A DNA stretch of 34,504 bases, taken from the NCBI GenBank assembly GCA_050691915.1, contig JBOGSY010000001.1, forward strand, positions 1-34,504. Reading direction: 5' to 3'. A program made the position numbers and the translations under genes. This DNA comes from Candidatus Limnocylindria bacterium (GTDB lineage: Bacteria > Chloroflexota > Limnocylindria > QHBO01). The notes under the pieces are model-generated. The model saw nothing but the letters and a program-made list of their open reading frames with translations, was not told the DNA's origin and did not search any database. This document shows, one piece after another, positions 8,817-15,350 of this stretch. Position 1 is the first letter of the stretch. Every line of letters starts with the position of its first letter.

Positions 8817-9720
8817 CGTCGGGCGTGCCACCTCGTTCCGTTGCCTCCTCTTCCGGGGATTCCGTCCGACCCTCCTACCGGCGTCAGCGAGTGCGCAACG
8901 ACACCGATCCGAGGACCATTTCCACCCTAGGCTGCCGGGCATGCCGATTCAAGAGATTCTGTGTACGGCTGGGTGTACGTCTGGGAGAGGCTCCGTGAGG
9001 AGCCGGCCCCCGGTGTATGGAACGGCTGGCCCTTGACGGGGCCGTGAGAAGCTCCCCACGGGCGGCCAGAGGGTATGCCGACCGACGGCACTAATCGCCC
9101 GGGCGGCGGCGACGAACCTGCTGACCAGCGGCGCAGCGATGGCCAACAAGCCTCCTCAGCAGCCAAGGGAGCGAGTGCGGCTCACGGAACGACAGCCTGG
9201 TCCGGACGGCTCCCGCGCGTGTAGAGCGTAGCGAGTCGCGGTTCGGCCCCGTGCCGCGCTGAGCACGAAAACCTGTCGCGCTCATCGCCGCCCAACTGTC
9301 GTGTATGGCGGTCTCGGTCGCGGTCGTAACCGCGGTCTCCAGTCGCGACACTTGGACGACAGCCCTCATTCGAGCCTCCGCAACCGTCGCGGGCAGTCCG
9401 ATAGGCGCCGGACGAGAGCACGAATTTGAGTGGAAGTACGGCGGCTGTTGACCGCTTGGACTCAGGTTCGCTCCAGCCCGCAGCGGTGACCCTACGACCA
9501 ATCCGATAACAGCCTGAGCGTCACATCTCGAGTCGCTGGAGGCCGGTATAGCTGCGGTGGCTCGGCTGCCCCGATGGATCCAGCCTTGACCCGATTGGTC
9601 GCACGTGCGAAAGGATTCGACCGCGCCGATGCCATACTCCCTTTGCCACCGTCGAACAGGCGGAGCGCAACAGGAGCAGTCAACGATTCCTCAGGACCGA
9701 CTCCGGCCCTGCTCAGGCAG

Positions 9721-10869
9721 CTAGTGGACGTTCTCGACCACGCTCTCCAGGATGCTAGCGTCCAAACGTGGCCCATAGTGCTCGGCGAAGATCTTCGCCA
9801 CCAGTTCGCCCCGGCTGGAGACGCCGACCTTTTCGAACACCCGCTTGAGATAGTCGCGGACAGTGTGCAGCGAGAGGCCCAGCTGGGATGCGATCTCGCC
9901 GGTCGAGAGCCCGTATGAGACCATCTGGCTGACCTGCTGCTCTCGCGGAGTGAGCTCATAGGCGCCGATCATGATCGGCACCACCTCGGATGCCCGCGCG
10001 GGCTGGATCACCAGCGCGGTTCGGTTGGTCGGCCCCGCCGCGTTCCGAAGCGCGAAGCCATGGATCACCAACCACCGGCCGCTTCGTGTCTGAATGCGCG
10101 CCCAGGCCATGCCGTCGTCCAACCCGGCGGCGATGGCGCGGGCTCGGGCGCTCACGGTCAGCAACTCCGTCGGCAGCGGTACCTCCTCGCATCGTCCGCT
10201 TACAGCCGGCTGGTCCAGGTCGGCCAGCCACGACTCGGCCGGCTCGTTCAGGGACTCGAGGCGGCCGGTGTTATCGAACGTGAGGAGGCCGGGGACGTCG
10301 ACTCCGTGGGCGGGCAGTGCGTCCCGAAGCAGAGCCGCACGGCGGAATGGCTGCGCCACCGCTCCCGAAAGATCGGCAAGCAGCTTCTCCTCGGCGAGAC
10401 TGAATGCAGGCTGGTCTTCGCGCCGCCAGAGCGACGCGAAGCCCCAGGTGCCAAAGCCGGTGCGGAATACCACGCGCAGCTCATCGGAGAAGCCCAGTGC
10501 GTCGCGTACCGCCCGGTAGCGGAGGCTGCGGGCCGGCCGCCCGTCCGTTGCCCGGTACAGCGAAGCCGCCGGAACCGATGCTCGCGCGAGGTCGTTGAAG
10601 CGCACGAAGTCTTCCTTGAGGAATTCGCACTCCCACCAGATGCGGCACATGTCAGGCACATCGGCCAGGCTTTCAACCCGGGCTGGGCAGGTGGCGAGCC
10701 CTGTGAACGGATCGGCCGCAGCCCAGAAAGAGCCGTCGAAAGGAATGATCGTTCGAATGTTGGCGGACAACTCTCTGAGGTACGTAGCGTCCGCACGACG
10801 GTCTCGGGTCAGCTTGAGAATCCGCGCGCGCGCCATGCGCGCCTGTGGACTGGCAAGCGGCACCGCCAT
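9721..10869 (-). CDS. LuxR-family transcriptional regulator with an N-terminal sensor-like (GAF-like) domain and a C-terminal HTH
   Basis: C-terminus ELTPREQQVSQMVSYGLSTGEIASQLGLSLHTVRDYLKRVFEKVGVSSRGELV is a canonical LuxR/FixJ-type HTH. The track ORF starts at 10944; ATG 10869 (MAVPLASPQARMARARIL) or 10836 are more plausible starts. Confidence 0.8.
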   Translation of the reverse strand: MAVPLASPQARMARARILKLTRDRRADATYLRELSANIRTIIPFDGSFWAAADPFTGLATCPARVESLADVPDMCRIWWECEFLKEDFVRFNDLARASVPAASLYRATDGRPARSLRYRAVRDALGFSDELRVVFRTGFGTWGFASLWRREDQPAFSLAEEKLLADLSGAVAQPFRRAALLRDALPAHGVDVPGLLTFDNTGRLESLNEPAESWLADLDQPAVSGRCEEVPLPTELLTVSARARAIAAGLDDGMAWARIQTRSGRWLVIHGFALRNAAGPTNRTALVIQPARASEVVPIMIGAYELTPREQQVSQMVSYGLSTGEIASQLGLSLHTVRDYLKRVFEKVGVSSRGELVAKIFAEHYGPRLDASILESVVENVH

Positions 10870-11014
10870 CGCGGAAGGATGCCCCCGCGCACCACTCCGG
10901 TCAACCCCCGCAGATGAGGGGTTGATGGCACCCTCCACCCCCACACCTGCGGGATTGCCCGTGCGGTCGCGCCGCGCCGACCATCACGGTCGAAGACGGG
11001 CAGCGGGAGGAGGC

Positions 11015-11455
11015 ATGAACCCCGAGCAGATGGATCAGCTGATATCTGCGCATCTGACGGCCGAGGTGGCGGGCGACGTGGCCGGCTGCCTTGCCGCGTT
11101 CGCCGACGACATGGAGCATGACTTGGTCGGTTCCCCGGATGGGCCGCTCTACGGACGGAAGGCAGCCGAAGCCTTCTACGCGTAACTCACTCGTCAGCTC
11201 CACACCGACGAGATGATCCCCGTCCGCGGGTACTACGGCGAGGACTTCTGCGTGATGGAGCACGAGTGGCAGTGCACCGTCACCGGCTCACTCCTCGGCC
11301 TCGCGGGAGCCGGTCGGCGCGTCGCGTTTCGCGTGCTCCACGTCTGGGAGTTCCGAGATGGTCTCATTGGCCGCGAGAACGTATGGCTGGATGGACTTGG
11401 CATCCTCCGGCAGCTCGCGGCTCCACGGCGGGCGACGGCGGAGATCAGCTCTTGA
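11015..11455 (+). pseudogene. SnoaL/NTF2-like (ester-cyclase-like) gene interrupted by one in-frame TAA at 11183-11185
   Basis: ATG 11015 follows GGGAGGAGG. Track ORFs 10595-11185 and 11213-11455 are in the same frame (11213-11183 = 30). The joined reading MNPEQMDQLISAHLTAEVAGDVAGCLAAFADDMEHDLVGSPDGPLYGRKAAEAFYA*LTRQLHTDEMIPVRGYYGEDFCVMEHEWQCTVTGSLLGLAGAGRRVAFRVLHVWEFRDGLIGRENVWLDGLGILRQL matches the usual SnoaL-like layout end to end. Confidence 0.7.
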
Positions 11456-11574
11456 GGGGCGACCAGCTCGGTCGAGGTTCGCAGGGCAACCATCTTGCTG
11501 ATGCCATGCGCGTCATCGCCGAATCTCGCTGAGCCACCGCACCAATCAACACACCGATCGCATGGGAGATCATC

Positions 11575-12141
11575 ATGATCCGAAGAACCATCACCGCCCT
11601 CACTGTGGCCGGCATCCTGGGCGGCCTCGTCGTCGCCACCGCGGTCGCCAAAGCTGGGTCGCTCCCGAGCGAGCTGCAGGCGGTGCGTTCCGCGGTGGCT
11701 AGCTACCACAGCTACGATCAAGCACTGGCCGACGGATACAGCGCTGCGGGTGAGCCATGCGTCGCCGAACCGGGTCTGGGGACGATGGGGATCCACGCTG
11801 TCAACTATGACCTGCTGGCCAGTGGCGCCAATGACCCGCTGCGGCCCCCGATCCTGCTGTACGTGCCCCGCGACGACGGCTCGCTGCGGCTGGTGGGGGT
11901 CGAGTACTTCATGGTCGCACTCGCCAACCCCGAGACGGGACCGGCTCCCTGGTTCGCGAGCGATCCGCCGCCGCTGGGCTTCTTCAACCCCGCACCAAGC
12001 ATCTTCGGCCAGACCTTCGACGGACCGATGCCCGGGCACAACCCCGCCATGCCCTGGCACTACGACCTGCACGCATGGGTGGTCGAGGAGAACCCATCCG
12101 GAATTTTCGCGCCGTTTAATCCCGCGCTCAGCTGCAGTTGA
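11575..12141 (+). CDS. Secreted protein of unknown function
   Basis: GGGAGA RBS. Signal peptide MIRRTITALTVAGILGGLVVATAVAKA. High GC3. The opposite-strand 347-aa ORF 11233-12276 is a shadow. Confidence 0.7.
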   Translation: MIRRTITALTVAGILGGLVVATAVAKAGSLPSELQAVRSAVASYHSYDQALADGYSAAGEPCVAEPGLGTMGIHAVNYDLLASGANDPLRPPILLYVPRDDGSLRLVGVEYFMVALANPETGPAPWFASDPPPLGFFNPAPSIFGQTFDGPMPGHNPAMPWHYDLHAWVVEENPSGIFAPFNPALSCS

Positions 12142-12274
12142 GGCCGCACGAACAACCGAGGCCGAGCGGATTGACCGTGGGCAATGCCCCGGCGAGGCAT
12201 CGAGGAGGCGCCGATGGGCGCCTCCTCGTTCTGGCAGCACCGCCGCGCGATTACCCGAAGCTGGAGGAATCAGC

Positions 12275-12826
12275 ATGACCGGCCATCAGTCGTTCGGCGC
12301 GCCGAAGAGCGTGAGGGTTGTCCATCCGGGCGAAGGCGAAGTCGCGCACCTCCTGCCGGGCATCAGCGTGATCTTCAAGCTGACCGGCGAGGACACCGGA
12401 GGCGCGCTCGCCATCGTGGATCATCCGTTCGAGGTCGGGGCACTGGTCCCGCCCCATATCCACCACCTCGAGGATGAAATCTCGATCGTGCTGGAGGGCG
12501 AGATCGGCTTTCGGTCGAACAACAAGGAGGTGGTCCTGGGCGCCGGCGGCTTCATCTTCAAGCCGCGCGGTGAGGTCCACGCGATGTGGAACGCCGGGAG
12601 CGCTCGGGGACGGATCGTCGAGATCGTCACCCCCGCCGGGTTCGAGCAGTTCTTCCGGGAGCTCGGTGAGCTTGGTGAGGCCGGACCGCCTGATCCGGCC
12701 GCGGTGGCCGAGCTTGGCAGCCGCTACGACCTTTTGGTCGCGGAGCCCGAGTGGCTCCCCGACGTCATCGCGCGATATAACCTCGCGGTGCCGGCGCCCC
12801 CCGGCGATGGCGGGGCGCCAAACTGA
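12275..12826 (+). CDS. Cupin-domain protein
   Basis: ATG 12275 is preceded by GGAGG (12264-12268) and lies in frame inside track ORF 11750-12826. Cupin motifs PPHIHHLEDEISIVLEGE and GFIFKPRGEVHAMWN. Confidence 0.8.
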   Translation: MTGHQSFGAPKSVRVVHPGEGEVAHLLPGISVIFKLTGEDTGGALAIVDHPFEVGALVPPHIHHLEDEISIVLEGEIGFRSNNKEVVLGAGGFIFKPRGEVHAMWNAGSARGRIVEIVTPAGFEQFFRELGELGEAGPPDPAAVAELGSRYDLLVAEPEWLPDVIARYNLAVPAPPGDGGAPN

Positions 12827-13136
12827 CGAGTGACTGACGAGTGACGAGTGCGGGCGGTCGACGGTCTTGCGGCAAGCCCAGCGGGCTCGTCAGGAAGGAC
12901 AACCGGTGGCGAATCAGCCGGCTCGAACAAGCCACCGCTCGGCACCAGTCGCGGCGCAAAGGAGCCTTCTTGAACGGACGCTAAGGTCGGTGATGGCGGT
13001 TCAAATCCTCTCGCCCCGACCACTCCCTGCTCTACGCTGCCGAGCTTACAGGGGGCGCAGCTCGCCAGACCGAGGGTGTCAGACTGGTGACGGCCGTCAA
13101 TGGCGGTGTCGCTTTCTGTCGAATCTGTGGCCGCCG

Positions 13137-13910
13137 CTAGCCTCCCAACGTGGTGATGCAGAAAGTGCCGATGGCCTCGCTGGTGTCACTCAGATTCCGG
13201 ATGGTGAATCCATCCGCGTTCAGTGGGAATGGGAAGGACTGCGCGAAGGTGTTCCCCGTCGCGTCAACGCGAACCATGTAAACCTTCGTCGCAGGTGCTC
13301 GCGTCAGGGTGACGATCACAGATTGACTCATAAGCAGGGTGATCGAGGTGACCGGGCCTGTGAGGAGGGGATACGAGATCGAGCCGCTGGGCAACAGGCG
13401 ATCGGATTCTGTGCAGGGTCCCGATCGCTCGCTGAGCACCGGTCCATCGCTACCATCGCCGGCCGCGGCGATGTTGACGTTCAGGTTGCCGTCCTCGTCG
13501 TAGCTCAGTCCGGAGGTGGCGGCATCGATGTCGGCCAGGTGTCCAGCGGAGGTGGCATCGAGCCCAACCGTCCAGTCGCCGCTTTGCGAGGCCGCAACGG
13601 ATCCAGTCACACTCACATTGCCGGTGACGTTCGCATTCACGCTCCCCGTCACCGGTACGGGACTGCCTGCATCGTTGTCGATGCTGACCGCGCCCGTGAC
13701 GTCAACCGATCCAGTGACGTCTGCGGTGACGTCACCCGTCACTGGCACCGGATCATCTGGCCCGTTCAGCACGATGACTTCGCCTTCGATCCCCTCCGGT
13801 GGGGCGGCGCTGGCCGGCATCGCAACCACCACCAGGACGAGGACGAGGCCGATTCCGATCGCCACTCGGCGGCGCCGGGTCAGCCCTGGGATCTCGATCG
13901 TTGCGCGCAT
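13137..13910 (-). CDS. Secreted protein with short V-T-G type repeats; unknown function
   Basis: ATG 13910 is preceded by GGAGGAGG. Signal/TM segment MRATIEIPGLTRRRRVAIGIGLVLVLVVVAMPASA. Repeat region PVPVTGDVTADVTGSVDVTGAVSIDNDAGSPVPVTGSVNANVTGNVSVTGSV. The C-terminal ~100 aa are bracketed by two Cys residues. Confidence 0.75.
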   Translation of the reverse strand: MRATIEIPGLTRRRRVAIGIGLVLVLVVVAMPASAAPPEGIEGEVIVLNGPDDPVPVTGDVTADVTGSVDVTGAVSIDNDAGSPVPVTGSVNANVTGNVSVTGSVAASQSGDWTVGLDATSAGHLADIDAATSGLSYDEDGNLNVNIAAAGDGSDGPVLSERSGPCTESDRLLPSGSISYPLLTGPVTSITLLMSQSVIVTLTRAPATKVYMVRVDATGNTFAQSFPFPLNADGFTIRNLSDTSEAIGTFCITTLGG

Positions 13911-13960
13911 GAGTTCCTCCTCCGCCGTGACGTGCGGGGGCGACGGTAAATGGCGCCCTC

Positions 13961-14078
13961 GGGCACTGAAGGGCACCGTGGCACGCACGGCCGCGCGTGT
14001 CGTGAGCAACCCGCTACCTAGTCGGGGCTGGGCCTCAGCGACGTCCTAGCGGAGCCTCAGCGCGGTGCCATACGCCTC
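13961..14078 (-). repeat. Copy A of the duplicated block (leader of the secreted-protein gene plus a truncated sigma-4-like ORF remnant)
   Basis: Aligns by eye with 15056-15272: GGGCACTGA...CCGTGGC.CG..CGGCCGCGCGTGTCGTGAGCAACC.G.TACCTA(C)GTCGGGGCTGGGCCTCAGCG ... CGGAGCCTCAGCGCGGTGCCATACGCCTC. Copy B positions 15136-15243 (108 nt) are replaced here by 9 nt (14041-14049). In the reading frame of the copy-B ORF this creates a TAG right after ...EAYGTALRLR. Confidence 0.75.
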
Positions 14079-14251
14079 TGACGCAGGCGCGCCGGCGCGA
14101 CGTACGCACATCGCTGCGGCCGACGCGGCACGGGCCGCCACGTTTCGAGCGGCGATCCGCCTTCGGGCCGGCTCCTGCAACGGATGGTGAAAGCGGGACG
14201 GCACTCATCGGCGCCCCTTCCTTCCGGCCGGCTCGCCTACGCCCGCCCTCG

Positions 14252-14398
14252 CTCGCTCCGCGCGAGCCGCGCGGCGCGAGCATCGTGCGCGAGCTGGGGA
14301 TCAGCGAGAAGGCGGTGAGCGTTCACGTCGGCAGCATCGCGGACAAGCTGGCGCGGCGGTCGCCATCCGCCTTTCCGGGATCTCCCACGAGTTCCTGA
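14252..14398 (+). pseudogene. Remnant of the 3' end of a LuxR-type regulator gene (HTH only, with an internal deletion)
   Basis: Plus-strand frame reads LAPREPRGASIVRELGISEKAVSVHVGSIADKLARRS...* with TGA at 14396-14398. It resembles the LuxR consensus L(T/S)PRE-(about 15 aa missing)-IAxxLxISxxTVxxHVxxIxxKLxV. There is no credible N-terminal domain or start upstream. Confidence 0.45.
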
Positions 14399-14409
14399 TC
14401 GGGCCCCTA

Positions 14410-15003
14410 TCAGCCTCCCCCGTACACGTAGTCGTTGGCCGTTGCAAGCCGCTCAGCGCAGTCCGTGGAGATCCTGCGCCCGGCGTGGGCGGCCAGGAGC
14501 GCGTCGAACGAGCTGCCGGGACCACCGACCTGATTGTGCAGCGCCGTCGCAAGCCCGCCATCGGGGACGCAGGCGTCGATCATCGCCGCCAGGCCGTCCG
14601 CGCTATAGCAGGCCACCGTGATCTCGATCTGGCCTTCAAAAGGCGCGGGTGTTCCCCCGCCGACCCACTGGCGTTCCGACACGGCGACGACCGCGGAGAT
14701 GCTCTCTCCCACGCCAGCGGTGCCGACTTCGACGTTTCGCAGGTATAGGGTGAAGGTGGTGTCCGGCCCGCTGAGCATCGCGGCCGTCGCCACGATCACG
14801 TCACCTGCTTCGAGGAGCGCGTTGACCGATATGACCTCTCCACTGCCGCCGATGGTGCCCGGGAAGCTGGCGACCATGAACCAGCCTCCCTCCGCCGTGC
14901 TCTGGCACGACTCGCTCGTCGCCGCTTGCGCTGGCGTCGCCAGCAACAGGAGGGCCAGGACCGATGCCCCCGCACTCCTCGGAATCGAACCCGATCGTCT
15001 CAT
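14410..15003 (-). CDS. Secreted Cys-containing protein of unknown function
   Basis: ATG 15003 is preceded by AGGAGGAG. Signal peptide MRRSGSIPRSAGASVLALLLLATPAQA. The mature part is beta-rich with 5 Cys and ends in GGG, as the neighbouring secreted protein ends in GG. Confidence 0.7.
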   Translation of the reverse strand: MRRSGSIPRSAGASVLALLLLATPAQAATSESCQSTAEGGWFMVASFPGTIGGSGEVISVNALLEAGDVIVATAAMLSGPDTTFTLYLRNVEVGTAGVGESISAVVAVSERQWVGGGTPAPFEGQIEITVACYSADGLAAMIDACVPDGGLATALHNQVGGPGSSFDALLAAHAGRRISTDCAERLATANDYVYGGG

Positions 15004-15055
15004 GCTCGCTCCTCCTATCTGATGCCACGCCGGCGGAGTCCCGGGTGGCACCCCG

Positions 15056-15272
15056 GGGCACTGACACAACCGTGGCGCGGCCGGCCGCGCGTGTCGTGAG
15101 CAACCGGTTACCTACGTCGGGGCTGGGCCTCAGCGGCCAGCAGCTGCTCGAGCTTGGCGTCGGCCAGAGCCAGCAGCGGCCCGACCGCCTCGCGCGGAAT
15201 GCCCAGCGCGGCGGCGATGGCGCGCTCGTCAGCCCCGGCTCCGCGGAGCCTCAGCGCGGTGCCATACGCCTC
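15056..15272 (-). repeat. Copy B of the duplicated block (leader of the second secreted-protein gene plus most of the intact sigma-4-like ORF)
   Basis: See copy A. It contains GTCGTGAGCA (15093-15102; minus-strand TGCTCACGAC) 90 nt upstream of ATG 15003. In copy A the same motif (13999-14008) lies 89 nt upstream of ATG 13910. Confidence 0.75.
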
Positions 15273-15305
15273 CGGCAACCGGTAAAGGGCCTCTTCGTGA
15301 ACCAC
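15108..15305 (-). CDS. Stand-alone sigma-70 region-4-like HTH protein (65 aa); possibly the surviving 3' part of an ECF sigma gene
   Basis: GTG start at 15305. VVHEEALYRLPEAYGTALRLRGAGADERAIAAALGIPREAVGPLLALADAKLEQLL matches the ECF region-4 pattern (LPxxxRxxxxLRxxxGxSxxEIAxxLGIxxxxVxxxLxxAxxKLxxLL). No region-2 sequence lies upstream, because the LAL gene stop is only 45 nt away. Confidence 0.5.
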   Translation of the reverse strand: MVHEEALYRLPEAYGTALRLRGAGADERAIAAALGIPREAVGPLLALADAKLEQLLAAEAQPRRR

Positions 15306-15350
15306 CGCCCGAGCCTAGGCACCGGCGCACACGACGTCGTGAGCAGGCGG

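Noticed and set aside
9150-9215. SRP-RNA-like words (CAGCAGCCAAGGGAG and CCTGGTCCGGACGG)
   Set aside because: The order and orientation of the motifs do not match the conserved 4.5S domain IV (GGUCCGGAAGGAAGCAGCCAAGG) on either strand, and no closing helix could be drawn. I also saw no RNase P P4 (GAGGAAAGUCC) signature.
11233-12276. 347-aa minus-strand ORF
   Set aside because: It is antisense to the plus-strand secreted-protein gene 11575-12141, which has an RBS, a signal peptide and high GC3. Its own composition is shadow-like.
12811-13022. Possible tmRNA (ssrA): CGGGGCG at 12811-12817 is complementary to the acceptor 3' strand ending in ACCA at 13022
   Set aside because: At 212 nt the span is too short for a tmRNA. 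The 5' part overlaps the cupin CDS. There is no GGGGCUGA...UUCGAC-type 5' domain and no recognisable tag reading frame ending in ...LAA. The 7-mer match is plausible by chance in GC-rich DNA.
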